A stretch of 64,000 nt of DNA from an uncultured Phycisphaerales bacterium (GTDB lineage Bacteria; Planctomycetota; Phycisphaerae; Tepidisphaerales; Tepidisphaeraceae). Shown here in pieces: positions 9,172 to 19,366 of this stretch. Each line of letters starts with the position of its first letter. Position 1 is the stretch's first letter. Both the position numbers and the translations under genes were made by a program. The stretch spans positions 448,001 to 512,000 of the forward strand of contig CAVWLP010000002.1 in NCBI GenBank assembly GCA_963755915.1. Reading direction: 5' to 3'. The notes beneath the pieces were generated by a model that saw nothing but the letters and a program-made list of their open reading frames with translations, did no database searches and was not told where the DNA came from.

Positions 9172-12026
9172 CTAGTCGCCTCCAAGGCCGGAGCCCTGGG
9201 CGACTTTTACGAGGCGAGAATCGGAGCCTTCGACGGGTTTGGGCACCGTTGGCGGGGGCGCGGGAAGGTCGAGGGCGCGGAGAATAATGTCGGCTTCTTC
9301 CTGGTCGTTGATCTTCTTGGAGCCGACTGCGGGGCTGGCGGACTCTTCGCGGCCGTAATAGTTCAGGACAGCGGTTTCCGGGAGGATCGATTGGAGGCGG
9401 TCGAACATGAACATCCAGGCGCCGCGGTTGCGCGGCTCTTCCTGGACCCAGCCGATCTCGGTGGCGTTGCGGTATTTGGCGAAGATCGCCTGAATTTCGA
9501 CCTTGGGGAAGGGGTAGAACTGCTCAACGCGCACGATGGCGACGTCGTCGCGGCCAGCCTTCTGGCGGGCGGATTCGAGGGTGAAATAGATTTTTCCGGA
9601 GCAGAGCAGCAGGCGGCGGACGCGGTCGCGGCTGGGGTATTTGGGGTCGTCGATCAACAGGTGAAAAGAGCTGTCGGTCAGATCGGTGAGCGAGGAGACG
9701 GCGTCGCGAAGGTTGCCCTTGGGCATCATGAGAACCAGCGGCTTGCGGAAGGTGCGGCGCATCTGCCTGCGGAGAACGTGGAAATATTGAGCGGGGGTGC
9801 TGGGATAGACGACCTGGATATTGTCTTCGCCGCAGAGGGCGAGGAAGCGGTCGAGATAGGCGTAGGAGTGCTCGGGGCCGGAGCCTTCGTAGCCGTGGGG
9901 GAGGAGCATGACGAGGCCGGACATTTTTCCCCACTTGGATTCCGAGGAGACGATGAACTGATCGATGATAGGCTGGGCCATGTTGACGAAATCGCCGAAC
10001 TGGGCTTCCCAGATGACGAGGTTTCGGGGGTCGGCGGTACTGAAGCCATACTCGAAGCCGAGGACGGCCAGCTCGGAGAGCATGGTGTTGACGATGATGA
10101 TCGGGGCCTGGTGGTCGGGGGACATGGTTGCCAGGGGCACCTATTTGTCGCCGTTGTTAAAATCGCGAAGAGATGCATGACGATGCGAAAAGGTCCCGCG
10201 CTGGGTGTCCTGGCCGACGAAGCGGATGGGAGTGCCTTCGAGGAGGAGGCTGCCGAGCGCGAGCATTTCGGCGCCGCCCCAGTCGATTGGGGCCTTGCCG
10301 AGGGACATTTCCAAACGGCGGGTGAGAAGGGGTTTGAGCTTGGGATGGACGGTAAAACCTTCAGGGACGCGGGTGGCGCCTTCGCCGACTTTGCGGAGGA
10401 CTTCGGCGGAAACCCTGGTGACGGCGGACCAATCTGCCGGCGCGGGTGAAGCCTTTCCATATTCCGCCAAAGGAATGGGGCAACGCAACGGCGGTAGGCT
10501 TGGGCTGGCGCGGGCGTTGAGGGCCTCGTCGAGACGGCGCCAGGATTCGGTTTTCATCGCCTGGTAGAGTTCCTCGGTGATCACTTTTTCCGCGATGAGC
10601 TGGCGGGCATAGATTTCGGCGATGGGGGTTTTATTAGCGATCTCGCGGGCCATGACGGGCTGGGTGAAGCTGGCTTCGTCCTGCTCGTTGTGGCCATTTT
10701 TGCGGTAGCACCAGAGGTCGATCATCACGTCGCAGTGGAATTCCTGTCGGAAGGCGATGGCCAGGCGGGCGGCGTGGATGGCGGCTTCGGGGTCGTCGCC
10801 GTTGACGTGGAAAATCGGGGCCTGAATCATCTTGGCGACGTCGGTCGGATAGGGGGTGAAACGGCCCTGGCGGGGGAGGGTGGTGAAGCCGATCTGGTTG
10901 TTGACGATCAGGTGAATCGTGCCGCCGGTGCGGTAATACGGTAGCTCGGAGAGACCGAGGGTTTCGTGGACGATGCCCTGTCCACAGAAGGCGGCGTCGC
11001 CGTGGATGAGGATGGGGACGACGCGGGTGCGGGTGGCATGGTCGCCGCGGTAGTTCTGCTTGGCGCGGACGATGCCAACGACGACGGGGTCGACCAGCTC
11101 GAGATGGCTGGGGTTGTAGCTTAGCGCGATGTGAATGTTGTGGTTGTTCTTGGTTCGGCGGTCCTGGGCGTAGCCGAGGTGGTATTTAACGTCGCCGTCG
11201 CCGTCTTCGCTTTCGGCGGTTTTGCCTTCAAATTCGCGGAAGATGACCTCGTAGGGCTTGTTGACGACGTGGGCCAGGACGTTGAGCCGTCCGCGGTGGG
11301 CCATGCCCATGACGACTTCGAGGATGCCGAGAGAGGCGCCGTCGTCAACGAGAGTGTTAAGGAGGGGGATCAACGATTCGCCCCCTTCGAGCCCGAAGCG
11401 TTTCTGGCCCTGGTGCCTTTTGGCGAGGAAATCTTCGAGCGCCTGTGCAGCGACAAGTTCGTAGAGGAGAGCCTGGCGCTGCTGGGGGGGAGGATCGGCT
11501 TATTGAGGTTCGGCTCCATGCGCTCGATGAGCCAATCGCGCTGGACCTTGTCGGAGATGTTGGCGAATTCGACGCCGATGGTGCGGCAGTAGGTGGTTTT
11601 GAGCTTATCGATGAGGTCGCGGAGTGTTCCGTCGAAAGGCCCGCGGAAATCGCAGTGGGCGACGCGTTTGTCCATGTCGGCGGGAGTCAGGCCGAACTGG
11701 TCGAGGTCGAGCAGGGCATGGGTTGGGCGGTTATGGCCGAGGGGGTCGAGGTTGGCGATGAAATGGCCGAGCTCGCGGTACGAGTGGACGAGGTTTTTGG
11801 TTTCGACGCTGGCTTTCGCCTTGCTAGGGTCGAGCTGGCTGGGGTCGGCTTGGCCGGAGGCGTCGAAGGCACCGGTGAGGGTTGCGGCGCGTCCGCCCGC
11901 GGCTTCGAAGCCGGCGAAGAATGCCTGCCAGTAGGGGTCTACCGAGCGGGGGTCGGCCTGGTACTGCTGGTAGAGCCTGTCAATGTAGTCGGCATTGTCA
12001 CGATTGATGATTTCGAAAGATTCCAT
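9172..12026 (-). CDS. sucA: 2-oxoglutarate dehydrogenase E1 (split by a frameshift near 11485 and an in-frame TAG at 10141-10143; probably sequence errors)
   Basis: Fragments carry NADYIDRLYQQY, GMAHRGRLNVL, GDVKYHLG, HGDAAF.GQG, RGTFSHRH, WEAQFGDF and LPHGYEG.GPEHS. Confidence 0.93.
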
Positions 12027-12384
12027 AGCGGCAGCAACTCACGGCTCCCAAAGGAGCTCAAGCCTTGGATTATAGGCTCATCAGAATCGGTACCCTAAGT
12101 GAAGCTTAACGAGATGACGGTCCGATTCCAACCCTCGTTTACAACACATTTGTTCTGGCTGATTCATCATCGACGGTCCAATCGGTTTGGCTGAAAGAAG
12201 TTGGGAATGAAATGAGGGTGGGAGGATTGTTGAGTTGCAAAGTTCTTGATGAATTGGAGTTAAGTTATTGTTACAAATGGCTTTGCGGTGATTAGATGAC
12301 AGGGACGGATGATGGGGGGCCAGATAAAATCCACCGGACATGGTGTAGAATGTCGATGAGCGAAAAATAGCGCATCCAGAAGTC

Positions 12385-12903
12385 ATGTCTACGGAACTAA
12401 TCTGCCCGGATTGTGGAGGTGTGATCGGTGGGGATTCCAGCGATGGAGGGCGGGCATGTACCTGTTGGTCGAATAAATCGGAAACGGGCGAGGCCTCCAG
12501 CGGGGATACCGTTGTTGAAAAGAATGTGGGGCCCAAGGCGAAGGTTTGTTGCCAGTGTGGGAAGGATCTGACTGGGCATCGGAGGCTGCGCGACAGCCGG
12601 GGGTATTGGTGTTATGCCTGCCACAAGCTGGACAAGGAAGCGAACAAGCCGAAGGGTGAGAAGTGCGAAGATTGCGGCCGGATCGTGGCGGAGGCGGCGC
12701 TAAGTGAATTTGAGGGGAAGAAGATCTGCGGGGCTTGCCGGGAGGATCGGAGAGCGGCGGCGCGGAAAGAGCGGATGACCAACCCGGTGAAGACGGGGGC
12801 GCATGAGCAACTGGCGAAGAAGCGGGTTTTGTGGCTATTTTTGGTGCTGGCGCTTCTGGCGGTCATAATCATTCTGCGGCAGTTGAAGATTATCGGGTCT
12901 TAG
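12385..12903 (+). CDS. Cys-rich multi zinc-finger protein with C-terminal membrane anchor
   Basis: CPDC/CTC, CCQC...CYAC and CEDC...CGAC pairs; hydrophobic tail VLWLFLVLALLAVIIIL. Confidence 0.75.
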   Translation: MSTELICPDCGGVIGGDSSDGGRACTCWSNKSETGEASSGDTVVEKNVGPKAKVCCQCGKDLTGHRRLRDSRGYWCYACHKLDKEANKPKGEKCEDCGRIVAEAALSEFEGKKICGACREDRRAAARKERMTNPVKTGAHEQLAKKRVLWLFLVLALLAVIIILRQLKIIGS

Positions 12904-12927
12904 GCGGCTGTTCGACGGGGCTCATGC

Positions 12928-13334
12928 GTGGCACAGATTCTTTTCAAACGGCGGTTCGTCGAAGCGATCCGGCGCGGGGAGAAGACGACTACGCTGCGGC
13001 GGTGGAAGTCCTGCATGGTGCGCGCCGGGCGCGAGTCAGGGTGCCTGGGGTAGGGTGGCTTAAGATCGTTTCCTGTGACGAGATTGCGCTGGGGGAACTG
13101 ACGGCGGCTGATGCGCAAGCCGATGGATTCAAAACACTTAAAGAGCTTATGGCGACTCTGCGAGAGATCTATCCGAACCATAAGTCGGATGGGCGAAAAT
13201 GGTATCGGGTGGTGTTTCGGCACGATGCGCAGAGCCCCCAGAGTCCCCAGGATGCTAGAAAAGACCTGGCACTGCGAATACGCGACGAACTTGACAAGGC
13301 CGTGCGCAGCAGCGGATCATTGTTCCCCTTATGA
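12928..13334 (+). CDS. ASCH-domain protein (frameshift near 13028)
   Basis: Manual translation from GTG 12928 gives MAQILFKRRFVEAIRRGEKTTTLRRW. Adding one G in GCCGGGCG joins ARVRVPGVGWLKIV...ELTAADAQADGF...LREIYP. The GxKTxTxR and A..DGF motifs are typical of ASCH. Confidence 0.8.
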
Positions 13335-14137
13335 GTAGTGCAGTGATCCTCCAGCACGTCGCCCATGAGGGGCCCGGGCGGATCGTTCCAATATTTCGGG
13401 ATTATGGGATTCCGGTTCAGCTCCGGCGGCTCTATCAGGGGGACGAGGTTCCGACGGATCTCGACGAAGTCCGGGTGCTGGTACTGCTGGGGGGGACGAT
13501 GTCTATCCCGGACGTGGGGTCGGGGAAGTATCCGTTCCTTTCGACGGAAATTGAAGTTTTGAAACGATTTATCGCGGCCGATCGGCCGGTGCTGGGGATT
13601 GATCTGGGGGCGCAACTGCTGGCCTATGCGGCGGGGGCAAAGGTGTATCCGAATCATAAACCGGGTGCGACGCCGCAGGATCAGGCGGTGTTGACGCCGG
13701 AACTGGGGTGGGGGCCGGTGACGTTTCCGTTTCCGGGGGGGACAGAGCCGATCGTGACCGGATTGACCGATAACTCGATGATGTTTCATTGGCATTTCGA
13801 CACGTTTGATTTGCCAAGACTGCCTGCGCCGGCGAACCATCCACCACCGCCGGCCCCCCCACCGCCGGCGGGGAACGCGCTGCTGAGTTCGAGCCGGCTG
13901 TGTAAGAACCAGGCGTTTCGTTTTAAAAATCGACTGTTTGGGTTTCAATACCATTTCGAGTTCACGGAGGCAGACATCGACGCCGTGATCGCCGCGGCTC
14001 GGCAGGACATTACCAAGGTCCTGGGCCCCGACGGCGAAAAGACCATCCGCGCGGAAACCGCCAAGCATTACCCCCGGTACGCTCGTCAGGGCGAGCGGCT
14101 TGTGCGGAATTTTGTGCAGTTTTTGAAGGTGTATTGA
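13331..14137 (+). CDS. Class I glutamine amidotransferase-like protein with nucleophile Cys replaced by Asp
   Basis: LQHVAHEGPG, LLGGTMS, PVLGIDLGAQLLA (canonical GICLGAQ), FHWHFDTFDLP, NQAFR and FQYHFE. Confidence 0.88.
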   Translation: MSSAVILQHVAHEGPGRIVPIFRDYGIPVQLRRLYQGDEVPTDLDEVRVLVLLGGTMSIPDVGSGKYPFLSTEIEVLKRFIAADRPVLGIDLGAQLLAYAAGAKVYPNHKPGATPQDQAVLTPELGWGPVTFPFPGGTEPIVTGLTDNSMMFHWHFDTFDLPRLPAPANHPPPPAPPPPAGNALLSSSRLCKNQAFRFKNRLFGFQYHFEFTEADIDAVIAAARQDITKVLGPDGEKTIRAETAKHYPRYARQGERLVRNFVQFLKVY

Positions 14138-14183
14138 GTTGAGTTGTTTCAGTTCACCTTTTGGAGCCGCGCTGTAAGAGCGT

Positions 14184-15668
14184 ATGGATTCGGCAAGCAA
14201 TCAATCTGTCCGAGTTGTAAGGAAGCCTTACGTAAGGCCATGGGCATTGGCGACGCCAATCCTGGTGCTGGTGGTCTGCCTGCCGCTGCTGCGTCCGCTT
14301 CGGCAGCCGGGGATGGCGTCGGACGATGAGCAGGCGCGGCTGGCAACGATCGCGGCGCTGGTGGAGCACCGGTCGGATTCTGGGCCGCTGGCGGATCGGC
14401 TGGCGATCGACAGCTCGCGGTTTATTCTTCCTTCGCATGTGATGGAGATTGATCATCGGCTGTATAGCGATCAGCCGCCGATGCTGGCATTTTTGATGAG
14501 CGGGCCGGCGCTGCTGCTGGAATGGCTGGGATATCCGCTACGGGAGAATTCGGTCTTCGCGCCCTACCTGCTTACTTTGCTGTTCGTTACGCTTCCGGTG
14601 GCCGGGGCGGCGGGGATGGTTTACCGGATGGGGAGGATTTTTGAGCTGAGGCGGCAGTGGCGAACTCTGCTGGCGGCGGCGGTGGTGTTTGGGACCGGGT
14701 TAATCAGCTATGCGGTGGTGCTGAACCCTCATGTGCCGGCGGCGGTGCTGGTGTTGGCGGCGGCGGGATGTTTGGTCGTTCTGTCGGCGAGTCCGAATCC
14801 GTCGCGCGAGGGGCAATGGCTGGTGCTGGCGGGGTTCTGTGCGGCGCTGGCGGCAACGATCGATGTCTCGGCGGTGATTTTCCTGGTGCTGCTGCTGGTC
14901 GCGGTGCCGGTGATGCGGCTGGCGACGCCGCTGCGGATTGGGGGAGTGATTTTGTATCTGATCGGAGCGACGCCGCCGATTTTGCTGCATGCGACGCTGG
15001 TGGTTCCGCTGACGGGGAATCTTTTGCCGGGGTTTTTGCATCCGGAGCTTCAGATGCATCGGCGGATCGTGATCAACGAGCCGGCGATCGATGCGCTGCC
15101 GCAGGCATCGGATCCGCCGGCGGCCAGCGATGGCGATGACGATCTGGATTCGACGCCGGCGGCGCCGACGATCTGGACGAAAGCGGAGACCGGGCTGGGG
15201 TCGATGCTTGGGACGCTGTTTGGCGAGCATGGGGTTTTGGTGCATTTTCCGGTGGTGATGCTTGGGATCGCGGGGATGTTTGCGGTAATGCACCGGCATT
15301 GGCCGGGAACGACGAAGGTGCTGGCAGCGGATAGCGCGATTGCGATCATTGTCGCGATCGTATGGTTTTGCGCGACAAGGTATGGATCGCCGTCGGCGGA
15401 TTTTGCGAACCGGTGGCTGCTGCTGTTTCTGCCGCTGCTGCTCTTCTGGGCAGGGGCGTGGCTGAGAAGGCCGCATTCGCGGGCGGTGTGGTCGGTGGCG
15501 GCGATTTTGCTGGGGTTTAGCGTTTTGGTGTCGCTGGTCGGGGCGACGGATCCGATGCCAGCGGGGGGATATAGCGGGTATACGGCGGCGTCGGCGCTGA
15601 GGGATTTTTTAAGGCCGGCGCCGCAGCAGTTGGCGGGGACGGTGCTGGCGGATCGGTCGGGGCAGTAG
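14184..15668 (+). CDS. Multi-pass membrane protein, probable GT-C fold glycosyltransferase
   Basis: N-terminal TM helix followed by SDDEQARLATIAALVE and YSDQPP loop motifs; about 11 TM helices. Confidence 0.6.
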   Translation: MDSASNQSVRVVRKPYVRPWALATPILVLVVCLPLLRPLRQPGMASDDEQARLATIAALVEHRSDSGPLADRLAIDSSRFILPSHVMEIDHRLYSDQPPMLAFLMSGPALLLEWLGYPLRENSVFAPYLLTLLFVTLPVAGAAGMVYRMGRIFELRRQWRTLLAAAVVFGTGLISYAVVLNPHVPAAVLVLAAAGCLVVLSASPNPSREGQWLVLAGFCAALAATIDVSAVIFLVLLLVAVPVMRLATPLRIGGVILYLIGATPPILLHATLVVPLTGNLLPGFLHPELQMHRRIVINEPAIDALPQASDPPAASDGDDDLDSTPAAPTIWTKAETGLGSMLGTLFGEHGVLVHFPVVMLGIAGMFAVMHRHWPGTTKVLAADSAIAIIVAIVWFCATRYGSPSADFANRWLLLFLPLLLFWAGAWLRRPHSRAVWSVAAILLGFSVLVSLVGATDPMPAGGYSGYTAASALRDFLRPAPQQLAGTVLADRSGQ

Positions 15669-15752
15669 GTTACGATCCGGCGTTGCCGGTTCGATGTCCG
15701 AATGTGGGACTGTGCCGCAAGCGAAAAAACTGGGCGTGTGAAGCTTTTTTTT

Positions 15753-15834
15753 CGGCCCTCACCCGTGCTCCTGACAGGTCGGGACTTCGCTTCGCTAAGC
15801 CTCAAATCTCGCAGATTACTGGGAGAAGGGGAAA
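15753..15834 (+). repeat. Interrupted variant of the GGCCCTCACCC...GGGAGAGGG REP-like element
   Basis: Begins GGCCCTCACCC and ends GGGAGAAGGGGAAA with unrelated internal sequence; lies between convergent genes. Confidence 0.5.
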
Positions 15835-15910
15835 TGCGCGGCGGCCTGATCGGTTTTTCATCGTAGATGCTGTGGCCTTCCATCGACCGTTGCGTTATCG
15901 CGCAGCCCTG

Positions 15911-16813
15911 TCATTGGTGATCGTGGAAGAATTTTACGGTGTCGTGCAGCACTGGCGCGAGCCAGCGGAAAGGGTAGGCGAGGGCCAGGACTACGCCGAC
16001 GTGGGCGCGGTTGGGGTAGGCGATAAATTCAACCTGGCCGCCTTTTTTGCGGATGAGGGCGGCTAACTCGGTGGCGTTGGCGGGATTGACTTCGGGGTCT
16101 TTTAAGCCTTGGAGGAGGAGGATCGGGGGTGCGTGGCCGTCTACGAAATTGATCGGCTCGATCTGGGCGCGGGGATTGATATCGGTGCGGGACATGCCAA
16201 AGACGGCGCGATCTTCGGGGGGCGGGACGAAGTTAAAGGGACCGGAAAGGCTGGCGGTTGCGCGAATCGCGGATCGGTCGAGGCCGACACGCTCCAGATA
16301 TTGCCTGTCGAGAGACAGCATGACTGCGATGTATGCGCCGGCGGAGTGGCCCATCAGGTAGACATGATCCGGATCCCCGCCGATTTCACGCGCATGATCA
16401 TGTATCCAGCGGACTGCCAAAGCGCCGTCGTCGATAAATGCGGGAAACATCACGCTGGGATAAACGCGATAATCGGGCAGCACGGCGATAAATCCGCGGC
16501 TCGCAAGGGCCTGGCCGACGAAGCGGTAATCCGCTTTCGTTCCTCTCTGCAAATCACCCCCATAAAAAAAGATGACAATATCCGCCGGCGCCTTCGCGCA
16601 CGGATGGTAAATGTCCAGCGTCTGGCGGGGCAATGGGCCATAGGCGATGTTGGTGATTCGCGTGTATCCCCATGGGGGCACCACGGCGTCCAGCACGGCG
16701 AACCTGGTGCATCCGGAGATCGCCATCGACGATAGAAGCACCAGACACCGAAATAATCCGGCCGCTGTGGACAGCCGGCGATCATCGCCCGGTCTGTTCC
16801 ACAGATCAGCCAT
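15911..16813 (-). CDS. Alpha/beta hydrolase (esterase/lipase), probable lipoprotein
   Basis: ISGC lipobox-like site, LDIYHP, FFYGG oxyanion loop, MGHSAGA nucleophile, downstream Asp and His. Confidence 0.88.
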   Translation of the reverse strand: MADLWNRPGDDRRLSTAAGLFRCLVLLSSMAISGCTRFAVLDAVVPPWGYTRITNIAYGPLPRQTLDIYHPCAKAPADIVIFFYGGDLQRGTKADYRFVGQALASRGFIAVLPDYRVYPSVMFPAFIDDGALAVRWIHDHAREIGGDPDHVYLMGHSAGAYIAVMLSLDRQYLERVGLDRSAIRATASLSGPFNFVPPPEDRAVFGMSRTDINPRAQIEPINFVDGHAPPILLLQGLKDPEVNPANATELAALIRKKGGQVEFIAYPNRAHVGVVLALAYPFRWLAPVLHDTVKFFHDHQ

Positions 16814-17213
16814 TTCGACGTCCGATTCCCACGAACCAAACCCATGCGATAATGACCACCTGGAGGGGCAGGCGGGCCCAGAGCAGCCATTGAGGAAAAT
16901 CTCGTCCGGACGTTGGCTGGGGAGAAGTGGCCATGTAGACATTCGCCGGGAAGACGGCACACAAAAGAGCGATGAGTCCCCACGCGGCCGGCCGTCGAAG
17001 AGGTGGAATTAAAAGCCCCGCGCCACCGGCGATTTCGCAGATGCCGCTTACCACCACCAGCAACGAGCGGGCAGGAAATGACGGTGGGATAATCTGGCGA
17101 TAGAACTGCGGCTTCAAAAAATGGTTGATGCCCGCGCCGACGAAAAAGAGTGCGGCGATGATTCGCAAGAGCAGCCGGATTAAATCGACGCTGTCACGGG
17201 AATTACTCATCAC
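16806..17213 (-). CDS. DoxX-like membrane protein
   Basis: FVGAGINHF, SGICEIAGG, VFPANVYM and LWARLPLQ motifs. Confidence 0.85.
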   Translation of the reverse strand: MMSNSRDSVDLIRLLLRIIAALFFVGAGINHFLKPQFYRQIIPPSFPARSLLVVVSGICEIAGGAGLLIPPLRRPAAWGLIALLCAVFPANVYMATSPQPTSGRDFPQWLLWARLPLQVVIIAWVWFVGIGRRNG

Positions 17214-17225
17214 CCTTCATCGGCT

Positions 17226-19091
17226 CTAACCGGCCACTGGAAGCGGCACCTTATTCTTGGATGCAAGGTTTATGGTGACGGTAACCGGCCCATGCGCCGG
17301 CGGCTCGTTTGACAAACTCCGAATGGCGATGGTGCCGCGTGGCGGTTGCATGCGACGCTGAATGCGGCCGAACATCATACGGATCGCCCATCCACCGGTG
17401 CGGCGGATATTTTGGGTCAGCCCGATCATGCCAACGATCTGCATGCCGGCTGGCTTCATGCCCAGCTTTGACTTCCGCCGAAACAGCGCGACGGCCAGCC
17501 AGACCGGGTTGTACATGAACGCGTAGGCCAACAGCATATTGATCTGCTTTCGCCACGGGCGCGGGAGACTGGATGCGACTACGTAGTTTCCGTCATACAT
17601 ATAGGGGCGGGTTTTTCTTCCGCCGGCGCTGTCCAGGACCATCCCCTGCTCGAAAGTCCCCTCGTAGAGTTTGGTGCCGGGCGACGGGGTCAACATCAAT
17701 ACCTGAAGCGAGACCGCCCCCGACTTGCGCAGCAAATTGACCTGATTGAGGAGCCCGTAATTCGTGCCCGGCGAGTAGAGGGGCTGGGAGTCATGGTGCA
17801 TCATCATCGGCATCGGGCAAATGCCGGCATCCCGCATGAGGCGGAAAGCCTCGGTGGTTTTGTTGACGCTCTGGCCCTTGTTGACGAGCTTGGCGGTCAT
17901 GTCCTCGACGCCGAGCCAGAGGGCACGGCAGCCCGCCTCGCGTATCAGGGGAAGATGCTCCTTCATCTGGAGGGTGTCGTGAACAGTTACCTCGGTATAC
18001 CATCGCGCCCGTTGCCGCAGGGGCACACCGTCGAACTCGGAGCGGGCGAGCGTTTCGACAATATCCAGGGTGCGGGCCTTGTTGTTGAAGAAGTTGTCGT
18101 CGGTGCCGAAGAAATAGCGCAGGCCGTATTCTTTGTTGAGCTGCCACATCTCGTCGGCGATGCGCGGCGCTGATTTGAGACGGTGTTGCCGCTGGTTGTA
18201 AGCTGGAATCGGGCAATAGGGGCAGGCAAACTTGCATCCGAAGGTCATCACGAGTGAGCTGATCGGACTATTCCAGCGGACGCGATTGGCGGGAAGTGCG
18301 CGTGAACTCAATTTCGAGGACCGGCTCGGCGGCTCCAGGAGGCGGTAGCCGAGCACCGGATGAGGCAATTCGTCAAGATCGCCAAGGAGGCGCTGCATGC
18401 CGGTGTCGATCAATTCCTCGACCGCGCCGTCCGTCTCGCCGCGCGGATAGATGAGGCCCGGGATATCGTCCAGGGCATGTGAATCTCTGGCGCGGATGAA
18501 GGCCGACCGCATGGATTCACCGCTGCCGCGCACGGACAAGACGGCTTCGAGGAGGCTGAGGATGACAAATTCCTCGCCGGTGACGGCAACGTCCGGGCCT
18601 ATGGGATCGCCTGATTCCGTTGTCCGTTCCGAATGTCCGCCGCCGTACAAGAGATCCGGCTCATAGACCGCGTGAGATCCTCCGCCAATGATGAGCGGCC
18701 TGCAGGCTGGGTCGATCCGCCTGGCATCGCGGATCAGGTCCAGCGCGCGATCGGAATGCATGCCCATGGTCGAGACCAGGAACAAATCCGGAACCCGCCC
18801 ATCGAGTTGCATGCGCGACGGACGGAAATTGCGGTTCCACTGCTGGAGGACAATGCGCGTTTTCTGGAAACCGGCGTCCACCAGCGCCGAACCGATTGCC
18901 CGTACGCCCGCGGGGACCATTCGCGTGTCGGCATAAAAGAACGGAAGCATGCGCGTGCGATGGTCGAAAGCGCAGGCAATCACCGTGACCAAATCGTGTT
19001 TAGAAGCGAGTTTGCGCAAGCGCTGGCGAAGGTCGAGCATCTCGCCCGGCCTGAGCAACTCGTCCCCACGTGTGCGACGCGGAAGTTCCAT
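17226..19091 (-). CDS. Radical SAM protein with putative cobalamin-binding N-terminal domain
   Basis: CKFACPYC (CxxxCxxC), IIGGGSHA, TGEE, TDDNF and TPSPGTKLY motifs of B12-binding radical SAM enzymes. Confidence 0.85.
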   Translation of the reverse strand: MELPRRTRGDELLRPGEMLDLRQRLRKLASKHDLVTVIACAFDHRTRMLPFFYADTRMVPAGVRAIGSALVDAGFQKTRIVLQQWNRNFRPSRMQLDGRVPDLFLVSTMGMHSDRALDLIRDARRIDPACRPLIIGGGSHAVYEPDLLYGGGHSERTTESGDPIGPDVAVTGEEFVILSLLEAVLSVRGSGESMRSAFIRARDSHALDDIPGLIYPRGETDGAVEELIDTGMQRLLGDLDELPHPVLGYRLLEPPSRSSKLSSRALPANRVRWNSPISSLVMTFGCKFACPYCPIPAYNQRQHRLKSAPRIADEMWQLNKEYGLRYFFGTDDNFFNNKARTLDIVETLARSEFDGVPLRQRARWYTEVTVHDTLQMKEHLPLIREAGCRALWLGVEDMTAKLVNKGQSVNKTTEAFRLMRDAGICPMPMMMHHDSQPLYSPGTNYGLLNQVNLLRKSGAVSLQVLMLTPSPGTKLYEGTFEQGMVLDSAGGRKTRPYMYDGNYVVASSLPRPWRKQINMLLAYAFMYNPVWLAVALFRRKSKLGMKPAGMQIVGMIGLTQNIRRTGGWAIRMMFGRIQRRMQPPRGTIAIRSLSNEPPAHGPVTVTINLASKNKVPLPVAG

Positions 19092-19366
19092 AATGTTGGC
19101 CTTTCCTTGGCCGAATTTCCCCCGCGAAATACGGCTGACGAAATTAGTCGTCCAATATGCGTAACAGATTAGGCCTTATGCGCCGGAAATGCGACGCATG
19201 GACCGACGTCTATACCACTGGCGGAATTGTACCACCTCGTCGGGCCGGGAGCTACAAAAGCAGTCCGCGCGGATGGCGATTATCCGGGCGATCGCAAGTT
19301 GAGTTGGGACAGGAAAGCGCCGTGCAAGCACGGCGGCTACACGGAGAGGAGTTGGGGACGGACCCC

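Noticed and set aside
10141-10143. In-frame TAG in sucA (and TAG in the GYF_2 gene) as stop-codon recoding
   Set aside because: The two sites correspond to different expected residues (Tyr and Trp), each one substitution away, and many genes here end normally at TAG.
13020-13035. Programmed ribosomal frameshifting in ASCH, yqgE or lpxC-fabZ
   Set aside because: No canonical slippery heptamer with a downstream structure; homopolymer error explains all sites more simply.
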